From: Eledone cirrhosa
Taxonomy: Eukaryota
Direction of reading: 5' to 3'
Length of the DNA: 64,000 nt
Assembly: GCA_964016885.1 (NCBI GenBank)
Contig: OZ024742.1
Location: 163,804,001 to 163,868,000, forward strand
This document shows, in pieces, positions 52,801 through 64,000 of this stretch (its first letter is position 1; each line of letters begins with the position of its first letter). The translations under genes were made by a program, and so were the position numbers. Under the pieces are notes generated by a model. The model did no database searches. It was not told where the DNA came from and was given only the letters and a program-made list of their open reading frames with translations.

Positions 52801-55800
52801 TCTTTTTACAAATTATCTCCCCTTGGCTGGCTGGAAATTATCTCCCCTTGGAGGCTGGAATTTATCTCCCATTGGACGGCTAGAAAATACCTCTCCTTGG
52901 ACGGCTGGAAAATATGTCTCCTTGGACGGCTGGAAATTATCTCCCCTTGGACGGCTGGAAATTATCTCCCCTTGGACGGCTGGAAATTATCTCTCCTTGG
53001 ACGGCTAGAAATTACCTCTCCTTGGACGACTGAAAATTATCTCCCCTTGGACGGCTGGAAATTATCTCCCCTTGATTTTTGTTACAAATTATCTCCCCCT
53101 GATTTTCTTTTACAAATTATCTCCCCCTGATTTTTTTTTACAAATTATCTCCACCTGATATTTTTTACAAATTATCTCCCCCTGATTTTTTTACAAATTA
53201 TCTCCCCTTGGCTGGCTGGAAATTATCTCCCCTTGGAGGCTGGAATTTATCTCCCCTTGGACGGCTAGAAATTACCTATCCTTGGACGGCTAGAAAATAT
53301 GTCTCCTTGGACGGCTGGAAATTATCTCCCCTTGGACGGCTGGAAATTATCTCCTCTTGGACGGCTGGAAATTATCTCCCCTTGGGCGGCTAGATATTAC
53401 CTACCCTTGGACTACTGGAAATTATCTCCCCTTGATTTTTTTTACAAATTATCTCCCCCTGATTTTTTTTTACAAATTATCTCCCCCTGATTTTTTTTTA
53501 CGAATTATCTCCGCCTAATTTTTTTTTAAAAATGATCTCCCCTTGGACGGCTGGAAATTATCTGCCCTTGGACGGCTGGAAATTATCTCCCCTTGGACGG
53601 CTAGAAATTACCTCTCCTTGGACGGCTGAAAATTATCTCCCCTTGGACGGCTGCAAATTATCTCCCCTTGATTTTTTTAACAAATTATCTCCCCCTGATT
53701 TTTTTTACAAATTATCTCCCCCTGATTTTTTTTACAAATTATCTACGCCTAATATTTTTTACAAATTATCTCCCCCTGATTTTTTTTTACAAATTATCTC
53801 CCCCTGATTTTTTTTTTACAAATTATCTCCCCCCTGATTTTTTTTACAACCTCCGCCTGATTTTTTTAAAAATTATCTTCCCTTGGCTGGCGGGAAATTA
53901 TCTCCCCTTGGACGGCTGGAAATTATATCCCCTTGGAAGGATGGAAATTATCTCCCCTTGGACGGCTGGAAATTATCTCCCCTTGGACGGCTGGAAATTA
54001 TCTCCCCTTGGACAGCTGGAAATTATCTGCCCTTGATTTTGTTTTTACAAATTATCTCCCCCTGATTTTTTTTACAAATTATCTCCACCTGATTTTTTAA
54101 AAAATTATCTTCCCTTGGACGGCAGTAAATTATCTCTCCTTGGCTGGAAATTATCTCCCCTTGGACGGCTAGAAATTATCTCTATTTGGACGGCTGGAAA
54201 TTATCTCCCTTTGATTTTTTTTACAAATTATCTCCCTCTGATTTTTTTACAAATCTCCCCCTGATTTTTTTTTACAAATTATCTCCCCCTGATTTTTTTT
54301 TTACAAATTATCTCCGCCTGATTTTTTTTAAAAATTATCTCCCCTTGGACGGCTGGAAATTATCTCCCCTTGGACGGCTGGAAATTATCTCCCCTTGGAC
54401 GGCTAGAAATTACCTCTCCTTGGACGACTGAAAATTATCTCCCCTTGGACGGCTGCAAATTATCTCCCCTTGGACGGCTGGAATTTATCTCCCCTTGGAC
54501 GGCTGGAAATTATCTCCCCTTGGAGGCTAGAAATTACCTCTCCTTGGACGGCTGAAAATTATCTCCCCTTGGACGGCTGGAAATTATCTCCCCTTGATTT
54601 TTTTACAAATTATCTCCCCCTGATTTTTTTTTACAAATTATCTCCCCCTGATTTTTTTTTACAAATTATCACCCCCTGATTTTTATTTACAAATTATCTT
54701 CCCCTGATTTTTTTTTACAAATTATCTCCCTGAATTTTTACCAATTATCTCCCCATGATTTTTTTACAAATTATCTCCCCTGATTTTTTTACAAATTATC
54801 TCCGCCTGATTTTTTTAAAAATTATCTTACCTTGGCTGGCGGGAAATTATCTCCCCTTGGACGGCTGGAAATTATCTACCCTTGCACGGCTGGAAATTAT
54901 CTCCCCTTGGACGGCTAGAAATTACCTCTCCTTGGACGGCTGAAAATTATCTCCCCTTGGACGGCTGGAAATTATCTCCCCTTGGCTGGAAATTATCTCC
55001 CCTTGGAGGGCTAGAAATTATCTCTCTTTGGACAGCTGGAAATTATCTCCCCTTGATTTTTATTACAAATTATCTCCCCCTGATTTTTTAAAAAAAAATT
55101 ATCTCCCCTTCGCTGGCTGGAAATTATCTTCCCTTGGACGGCTGGAAATTATCTCACCTTGATTTTTTTACAAATTATCTCCCCCTGATTTTTTTTACAA
55201 ATATTCTCCCCCTGATTTTTTTTTACAAATTATCTCCCTCTGATTTTTTTTTACAAATTATCTCCGCCTGATTTTTTTGAAAAAATTATCTCCCCTTGGA
55301 CGGCTGGAAATTATCTCCCCTTGGACGGCTGGAAATTATCTCCCCTTGGACGGCTAGAAATTACCTCTCCTTGGACGGCTGAAAATTATCTCCCCTTGGA
55401 CGGCTGCAAATTATCTCCCCTTGATTTTTTTTACAAATTATCTCCCCCTGATTTTTTTTTACAAATTATCTCCCCCTGATTTTTTTTACAAATTATCTGC
55501 CCCTGATTTTTTTTACAAATTATCTCCGCCTGATTTTTTTAAATATTATCTTCCCTTGGCTGGCGGGAAATTATCTCCCCTTGGACGGCTGAAAATTATC
55601 TCCCCTTGGACGGCTGGAAATTATCTCCCCTTGATTTTTTTTACAAATTATCTCCCCCTAATTTTTTTTTACAAATTATCTCCCCCTGATTTTTTTTTAC
55701 AAATTATCCCCCTGATTTTTTTTTACAAATTATCTCCCCCTGATTTTTTTTACAAATTATCTCCCCATGATTTTTTTACAAATTATCTCCCCTTGGCTGG

Positions 55801-58800
55801 CTGGAAATTATCTCCCCTTGGAGGCTGGAATTAATCTCCCCTTGGACGGCTAGAAATTACCTCTCCTTGGACGGCTGGAAAATATGTCTCCTTGGACGGC
55901 TAGATATTATCTACCCTTGGACGGCTGGAAATTATCTCCCCTTGGACGGCTGGAAATTATCTCCCCTTGGACGGCTAGATATTACCTCCCCTTGGACGGC
56001 TGGAAATTATCTCCCCTTGAATTTTTTTACAAATTATCTCCCCCTGATTTTTTTTACAAATTATCTCCCCCTGATTTTTTTACAAATTATCTCCCCCTGA
56101 TTTTTTTTACAAATTATCTCCGCCTAATTTTTTTAAATATTATCTTCCCTTGGCTGGCGGGAAATTATCTCCCCTTGGACGGCTGAAAATTATCTCCCCT
56201 TGGACGGCTGGAAATTATCTCCCCTTGATTTTTTTTACAAATTATCTCCCCCTGATTATTTTTTACAAATTATCTCTTCCTGATTTTTTTTACAAATTAT
56301 CTCCCTCTGATTTTTTTTACAAATTATCTCCCCCTGATCTTTTTACAAATTATCTCCCCTTGGCTGGCTGGAAATTATCTCCCCTTGGAGGCTGGAATTT
56401 ATCTCCCCCTGATTTTTTTTACAAATTATCTCCCCCTGATTTTTTTTTACAAATTATCACCCCCTGATTTTTATTTACAAATTATCTTCCCCTGATTTTT
56501 TTTTACAAATTATCTCCCTGAATTTTTACCAATTATCTCCCCATGATTTTTTTACAAATTATCTCCCCTGATTTTTTTACAAATTATCTCCGCCTGATTT
56601 TTTTAAAAATTATCTTCCCTTGGCTGGCGGGAAATTATCTCCCCTTGGACGGCTGGAAATTATCTACCCTTGCACGGCTGGAAATTATCTCCCCTTGGAC
56701 GGCTAGAAATTACCTCTCCTTGGACGGCTGAAAATTATCTCCCCTTGGACGGCTGGAAATTATCTCCCCTTGGCTGGAAATTATCTCCCCTTGGACGGCT
56801 AGAAATTATCTCTCTTTGGACGGCTGGAAATTATCTCCCCTTGATTTTTATTACAAATTATCTCCCCCTGATTTTAAAAAAAAAAATTATCTCCCCTTCG
56901 CTGGCTGGAAATTATCTTCCCTTGGACGGCTGGAAATTATCTCCCTTTGATTTTTTTACAAATTATCTCCCCCTGATTTTTTTTACAAATATTCTCCCCC
57001 TGATTTTTTTTTACAAATTATCTCCCTCTGATTTTTTTTTACAAATTATCTCCGCCTGATTTTTTTAAAAAAATTATCTCCCCTTGGACGGCTGGAAATT
57101 ATCTCCCCTTGGACGGCTGGAAATTATCTCCCCTTGGACGGCTAGAAATTACCTCTCCTTGGACGGCTGAAAATTATCTCCCCTTGGACGGCTGCAAATT
57201 ATCTCCCCTTGATTTTTTTTACAAATTATCTCCCCCTGATTTTTTTTTACAAATTATCTCCCCCTGATTTTTTTTACAAATTATCTACCCCTGATTTTTT
57301 TTACAAATTATCTTCCCCTGATTTTTTTTTACAAATTATCTCCCCCTGATTTTTTTTTACAAATTATCTCCCCCTGATTTTTTTTCTACAAATTATCTCC
57401 CCCTGATTTTTTTACAAATTATCTCCCCCTGATTTTTTTACAATCTCCGCCTGATTATTTTAAAAATTATCTTCCCTTGGCTGGCGGGAAATTATCTCCC
57501 CTTGGACGGCTGGAAATTATCTCCCCTTGGAAGGATGGAAATTGTCTCCCCTTGGACGGCCGGAAATTATCTCCCCTTGCACGGCTGGAAATTATCTCCC
57601 CTTGAACAGCTGGAAATTATCTGCCCTTGATTTTGTTTTTACAAATTATCTCCCCCTGATTTTTTTTACAAATTATCTCCACCTGATTTTTTAAAAAATG
57701 ATCTCCCCTTGGACTGCTGGAAATTATCTACCCTTGGCTGGAAATTATCTCCCCTTGGACGGCTAGAAATTATCTCTCTTTGGACGGCTGGAAATTATCT
57801 CCCTTTGATTTTTTTTTACAAACTATCTCCCTCTGATTTTTTTTACAAATTTCCCCCTGATTTTTAAAAAAAAATTATCTCCCCTTCGCTGGCTGGAAAT
57901 TATCTCCCCTTGGACACTGGAAATTATAGCCCCTTGGAGGGCTGGAAATTATCTTCCCTTGGACGGCCGGAAATTATCTCCCCTTGATTTTTTTTACAAA
58001 TTATCTCCCCCTGATTTTTTTTTACAAATTATCTCCCCCTGATTTTTTTTTACAAATTATCTCCGCCTGATTTTTTTTTAAAATTATCTCTCCTTGTACG
58101 GCTGGAAATTATCTCCCCTTGATTTTTTTTACAAATTATCTCCCCCTGATTTTTTTTTACAAATTATCTCCTCCTGATTTTTTTTTACAAATTATCTACC
58201 CCTGATTTTATTTTACAAATTATCTCCCCCTGATTTTTTTTACAAATTATCTCCCCCTGATTTTTTTTACAAATTATCTCCGCCTAATTTTTTTAAATAT
58301 TATCTTTCCTTGGCTGGCGGGAAATTATCTCCCCTTGGACGGCTGAAAATTATCTCCCCTTGGACGGCTGGAAATTATCTCCCCTTGATTTTTTTACAAA
58401 TTATCTCCCCCTGATTATTTTTTACAAATTATCTCCCCCTGATTTTTTTTTACAAATTATCTCCCCCTGATTTTTTTTACAAATTATCTCCCCCTGATCT
58501 TTTTACAAATTATCTCCCCTTGGCTGGCTGGAAATTATCTCCCCTTGATTTTTTTTACAAATTATCTCCCCCTGATTTTTTTTACAAATTATCTCCCCCT
58601 GATTTTTTTACAAATTATCTCCCCCTGATTTTTTTTACAAATTATCTCCGCCTAATTTTTTTAAATATTATCTTCCCTTGGCTGGCGGGAAATTATCTCC
58701 CCTTGGACGGCTGAAAATTATCTCCCCTTGGACGGCTGGAAATTATCTCCCCTTGATTTTTTTTACAAATTATCTCCCCCTGATTTTTTTTTACAAATTA

Positions 58801-61800
58801 TCTCCACCTGATATTTTTTACAAATTATCTCCCCCTGATTTTTTTACAAATTATCTCCCCTTGGCTGGCTGGAAATTATCTCCCCTTGGAGGCTGGAATT
58901 TATCTCCCCTTGGACGGCTAGAAATTACCTATCCTTGGACGGCTAGAAAATATGTCTCCTTGGACGGCTGGAAATTATCTCCCATTGGACGGCTGGAAAT
59001 TATCTCCTCTTGGACGGCTGGAAATTATCTCCCCTTGGGCGGCTAGATATTACCTCCCCTTGGACTACTGTAAATTATCTCCCCTTGATTTTTTTTACAA
59101 ATTATCTCCCCCTGATTTTTTTTTACAAATTATCTCCCCCTGATTTTTTTTTTACGAATTATCTCCGCCTAATTTTTTTTTAAAAATGATCTCCCCTTGG
59201 ACGGCTGGAAATTATCTGCCCTTGGACGGCTGGAAATTATCTCCCCTTGGACGGCTAGAAATTACCTCTCCTTGGACGGCTGAAAATTATCTCCCCTTGG
59301 ACGGCTGCAAATTATCTCCCCTTGATTTTTTTAACAAATTATCTCCCCCTGATTTTTTTTACAAATTATCTCCCCCTGATTTTTTTTACAAATTATCTAC
59401 GCCTAATTTTTTTTACAAATTATCTCCCCCTGATTTTTTTTTAAAATTATCTCCCCCTGATTTTTTTTTTACAAATTATCTCCCCCCTGATTTTTTTTAC
59501 AATCTCCGCCTGATTTTTTTAAAAATTATCTTCCCTTGGCTGGCGGGAAATTATCTCCCTTTGGACGGCTGGAAATTATATCCCCTTGGAAGGATGGAAA
59601 TTATCTCCCCTTGGACGGCTGGAAATTATCTCCCCTTGGACGGCTGGAAATTATCTCCCCTTGGACAGCTGGAAATTATCTGCCCTTGATTTTGTTTTTA
59701 CAAATTATCTCCCCCTGATTTTTTTTACAAATTATCTCCACCTGATTTTTTAAAAAATTATCTTCCCTTGGACGGCAGTAAATTATCTCTCCTTGGCTGG
59801 AAATTATCTCCCCTTGGACGGCTAGAAATTATCTCTATTTGGACGGCTGGAAATTATCTCCCTTTGATTTTTTTTTACAAATTATCTCCCTCTGATTTTT
59901 TTACAAATCTCCCCCTGATTTTTTTTTACAAATTATCTCCCCCTGATTTTTTTTTTACAAATTATCTCCGCCTGATTTTTTTTTAAAATTATCTCCCCTT
60001 GGACGGCTGGAAATTATCTCCCCTTGGACGGCTGGAAATTATCTCCCCTTGGACGGCTAGAAATTACCTCTCCTTGGACGACTGAAAATTATCTCCCCTT
60101 GGACGGCTGCAAATTATCTCCCCTTGGACGGCTGGAATTTATCTCCCCTTGGACGGCTGGAAATTATCTCCCCTTGGAGGCTAGAAATTACCTCTCCTTG
60201 GACGGCTGAAAATTATCTCCCCTTGGACGGCTGGAAATTATCTCCCCTTGATTTTTTTACAAATTATCTCCCCCTGATTCTTTTTTACAAATTATCTCCC
60301 CCTGATTTTTTTTTACAAATTATCTTCCCCTGATTTTTTTTTACAAATTATCTCCCTGAATTTTTACCAATTATCTCCCCATGATTTTTTTACAAATTAT
60401 CTCCCCTGATTTTTTTACAAATTATCTCCGCCTGATTTTTTTAAAAATTATCTTACCTTGGCTGGCGGGAAATTATCTCCCCTTGGACGGCTGGAAATTA
60501 TCTACCCTTGCACGGCTGGAAATTATCTCCCCTTGGACGGCTAGAAATTACCTCTCCTTGGACGGCTGAAAATTATCTCCCCTTGGACGGCTGGAAATTA
60601 TCTCCCCTTGGCTGGAAATTATCTCCCCTTGGAGGGCTAGAAATTATCTCTCTTTGGACGGCTGGAAATTATCTCCCCTTGATTTTTATTACAAATTATC
60701 TCCCCCTGATTTTTTAAAAAAAAATTATCTCCCCTTCGCTGGCTGGAAATTATCTTCCCTTGGACGGCTGGAAATTATCTCACCTTGATTTTTTTACAAA
60801 TTATCTCCCCCTGATTTTTTTTACAAATATTCTCCCCCTGATTTTTTTTTACAAATTATCTCCCTCTGATTTTTTTTTACAAATTATCTCCGCCTGATTT
60901 TTTTGAAAAAATTATCTCCCCTTGGACGGCTGGAAATTATCTCCCCTTGGACGGCTGGAAATTATCTCCCCTTGGACGGCTAGAAATTACCTCTCCTTGG
61001 ACGGCTGAAAATTATCTCCCCTTGGACGGCTGCAAATTATCTCCCCTTGATTTTTTTTACAAATTATCTCCCCCTGATTTTTTTTTACAAATTATCTCCC
61101 CCTGATTTTTTTTACAAATTATCTCCCCCTGATTTTTTTTACAAATTATCTCCGCCTGATTTTTTTAAATATTATCTTCCCTTGGCTGGCGGGAAATTAT
61201 CTCCCCTTGGACGGCTGAAAATTATCTCCCCTTGGACGGCTGGAAATTATCTCCCCTTGATTTTTTTTACAAATTATCTCCCGCTAATTTTTTTTTACAA
61301 ATTATCTCCCCCTGATTTTTTTTTACAAATTATCCCCCTGATTTTTTTTTACAAATTATCTCCCCCTGATTTTTTTTACAAATTATCTCCCCATGATTTT
61401 TTTACAAATTATCTCCCCTTGGCTGGCTGGAAATTATCTCCCCTTGGAGGCTGGAATTAATCTCCCCTTGGACGGCTAGAAATTACCTCTCCTTGGACGG
61501 CTGGAAAATATGTCTCCTTGGACGGCTGGATATTATCTACCCTTGGACGGCTGGAAATTATCTCCCCTTGGACGGCTGGAAATTATCTCCCCTTGGACGG
61601 CTAGATATTACCTCCCCTTGGACGGCTGGAAATTATCTCCCCTTGAATTTTTTTACAAATTATCTCCCCCTGATTTTTTTTACAAATTATCTCCCCCTGA
61701 TTTTTTTACAAATTATCTCCCCCTGATTTTTTTTACAAATTATCTCCGCCTAATTTTTTTAAATATTATCTTCCCTTGGCTGGCGGGAAATTATCTCCCC

Positions 61801-64000
61801 TTGGACGGCTGAAAATTATCTCCCCTTGGACGGCTGGAAATTATCTCCCCTTGATTTTTTTTACAAATTATCTCCCCCTGATTATTTTTTACAAATTATC
61901 TCTTCCTGATTTTTTTTACAAATTATCTCCCTCTGATTTTTTTTATAAATTATCTCCCCCTGATCTTTTTACAAATTATCTCCCCTTGGCTGGCTGGAAA
62001 TTATCTCCCCTTGGAGGCTGGAATTTATCTCCCATTGGACGGCTAGAAAATACCTCTCCTTGGACGGCTGGAAAATATGTCTCCTTGGACGGCTGGAAAT
62101 TATCTCCCCTTGGACGGCTGGAAATTATCTCCCCTTGGACGGCTGGAAATTATCTCTCCTTGGACGGCTAGAAATTACCTCTCCTTGGACGGCTGAAAAT
62201 TATCTCCCCTTGGACGGCTGGAAATTATCTCCCCTTGATTTTTGTTACAAATTATCTCCCCCTGATTTTTTTTTACAAATTATCTCCCCCTGATTTTTTT
62301 TTACAAATTATCTCCCCCTGATATTTTTTACAAATTATCTCCCCCTGATTTTTTTACAAATTATCTCCCCTTGGCTGGCTGGAAATTATCTCCCCTTGGA
62401 GGCTGGAATTTATCTCCCCTTGGACGGCTAGAAATTACCTCTCCTTGGACGGCTAGAAAATATGTCTCCTTGGACGGCTGGAAATTATCTCCCCTTGGAC
62501 GGCTGGAAATTATCTCCTCTTGGACGGCTGGAAATTATCTCCCCTTGGGCGGCTAGATATTACCTCCCCTTGGACTACTGGAAATTATCTCCCCTTGATT
62601 TTTTTTACAAATTATCTCCCCCTGATTTTTTTTTACAAATTATCTCCCCCTGATTTTTTTTTACGAATTATCTCCGCCTAATTTTTTTTAAAAATGATCT
62701 CCCCTTGGACGGCTGGAAATTATCTGCCCTTGGACGGCTGGAAATTATCTCCCCTTGGACGGCTAGAAATTACCTCTCCTTGGACGGCTGAAAATTATCT
62801 CCCCTTGGACGGCTGGAAATTATCTCCTCTTGGACGGCTGGAAATTATCTCCCCTTGGGCGGCTAGATATTACCTCCCCTTGGACTACTGGAAATTATCT
62901 CCCCTTGATTTTTTTTAAAAATTATCTCCCCCTGATTTTTTTTTACAAATTATCTCCCCCTGATTCTTTTTTACAAATTATATCCCCCTGATTTTTTTTT
63001 ACAAATTATCTCCCCCTGATTTTTTTTTACAAATTATCACCCCCTGATTTTTATTTACAAATTATCTTCCCCTGATTTTTTTTTACAAATTATCTCCCTG
63101 AATTTTTACCAATTATCTCCCCATGATTTTTTTAAAAATTATCTTCCCTTGGCTGGCGGGAAATTATCTCCCCTTGGACGGCTGGAAATTATCTACCCTT
63201 GCACGGCTGGAAATTATCTCCCCTTGGACGGCTAGAAATTACCTCTCCTTGGACGGCTGAAAATTATCTCCCCTTGGACGGCTGGAAATTATCTCCCCTT
63301 GGCTGGAAATTATCTCCCTTTGGACGGCTAGAAATTATCTCTCTTTGGACGGCTGGAAATTATCTCCCCTTGATTTTTATTACAAATTATCTCCCCCTGA
63401 TTTTTTAAAAAAAAATTATCTCCCCTTCGCTGGCTGGAAATTATCTTCCCTTGGACGGCTGGAAATTATCTCCCCTTGATTTTTTTACAAATTATCTCCC
63501 CCTGATTTTTTTTACAAATATTCTCCCCCTGATTTTTTTTTACAAATTATCTCCCTCTGATTTTTTTTTACAAATTATCTCCGCCTGATTTTTTTAAAAA
63601 AATTATCTCCCCTTGGACGGCTGGAAATTATCTCCCCTTGGACGGCTGGAAATTATCTCCCCTTGGACGGCTGGAAATTATCTCCCCTTGGACGGCTAGA
63701 AATTACCTCTCCTTGGACGGCTGAAAATTATCTCCCCTTGGACGGCTGCAAATTATCTCCCCTTGATTTTTTTTACAAATTATCTCCCCCTGATTTTTTT
63801 TTACAAATTATCTCCCCCTGATTTTTTTTTACAAATTATCTACCCCTGATTTTTTTTACAAATTATCTCCCCCTGATTTTTTTTTACAAATTATCTCCCC
63901 CTGATTTTTTTTTACAAATTATCTCCCCCTGATTTTTTTTCTACAAATTATCTCCCCCTGATTTTTTTACAAATTATCTCCCCCTGATTTTTTTTACAAT
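44230..64000 (+). repeat. ~12.2-kb tandem duplication (44230-56400 and 56401 to beyond window end)
   Basis: Offsets 12167 (44376/56543, 46353/58520), 12222-12223 (46964/59186, 50148/62371) and 12197 (51002/63199). Both copies share a private rearrangement at ~50560/62810. Confidence 0.88.
52620..56400 (+). repeat. Further copy of the HOR segment at ~17340-21090 / 30920-34670
   Basis: Offsets 21702-21731 (30937/52640, 32667/54370, 34419/56150). Shared variants include TTACCTATCC, TCTCACCTTG, TTTTGAAAAA and CTTGAATTTT. Confidence 0.82.

Larger units (their letters stand above)
1..64000. repeat. Composite two-monomer satellite DNA array (25-bp A + 26-29-bp B monomers), extends beyond both window ends
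   Basis: The core AAATTATCTCCCC or a close variant recurs every ~21-30 bp throughout (roughly 2,400-2,500 monomers, estimated as 64000/26). No unique sequence and no inverted monomers were seen. Confidence 0.99.

Noticed and set aside
94-63408. About 250 plus-strand ORFs of 60-192 aa (KLSPLGRLEIISPWTAGNYLPLDGW, YKLSPPDFF repeats)
   Set aside because: The consensus A monomer has no stop codon on the + strand, and 25 bp cycles through all three frames, so overlapping frames give the same peptide. Most starts are TTG. T-tract length changes shift frames freely and paralogous ORFs differ in length, so there is no sign of coding constraint.
1-64000. CRISPR-like repeat/spacer layout (constant core with n+1 geometry)
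   Set aside because: The core is only 16 bp, the 'spacers' are 9-13 bp and of two recurring types rather than unique, and there is no leader or cas gene.
1-64000. Poly-T tracts as intrinsic or Pol III terminators, or as retroposon tails
   Set aside because: There is no GC hairpin before the tracts and no upstream gene, promoter boxes or element body. The tracts are an integral part of monomer B.
1-64000. G-quadruplex (minus strand) or i-motif (plus strand) from G4-5/C4-5 tracts
   Set aside because: The tracts are separated by ~21-24-nt loops, far longer than canonical stable motifs, so this cannot be supported from sequence alone.
1-64000. CpG-deamination signature at the single CpG of monomer A (GACAG, GATGG variants)
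   Set aside because: Such variants exist (e.g. 1259, 1411, 9916, 36374, 55034), but G>A at the adjacent non-CpG G (GACGAC) and transversions (GAAGG, GAGGG) look similarly common. It is undecidable without counting independent events.
1-64000. Embedded transposon, inversion or unique island
   Set aside because: Reading through the window found no non-satellite segment and no reverse-complement core (GGGGAGATAATTT) on the + strand.
1-64000. Pure assembly or sequencing artefact
   Set aside because: Ordered diagnostic variants, copy-private SNPs and reproducible homopolymer lengths across paralogs fit a real array. The exact macro-copy number still needs read validation.

Overview
The whole 64-kb window is one uninterrupted, single-orientation composite satellite array, most likely eukaryotic heterochromatic, (peri)centromeric or subtelomeric DNA. 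No credible genes, RNA genes, transposons or CRISPR arrays are present. It is built from two monomers sharing a 16-bp core AAATTATCTCCCC(T/C)TG: type A (25 bp, AAATTATCTCCCCTTGGACGGCTGG, 52% GC) and type B (26-29 bp, AAATTATCTCCCCCTGA-T7-10-AC, ~30% GC). These alternate as runs AnBm with strict junction rules. Diagnostic variants show nested higher-order structure: ~385-bp modules, ~2-kb and ~3-4.3-kb units, a ~15.6/13.6-kb macro-repeat and a ~12.2-kb macro-duplication. Rearrangement scars are readable at about 4148, 21160, 29400, 46910, 50560, 56400 and 58770. All listed ORFs are artefacts of the stop-free A monomer. Offsets were derived by hand from the sequence and the ORF track, and boundaries are approximate.
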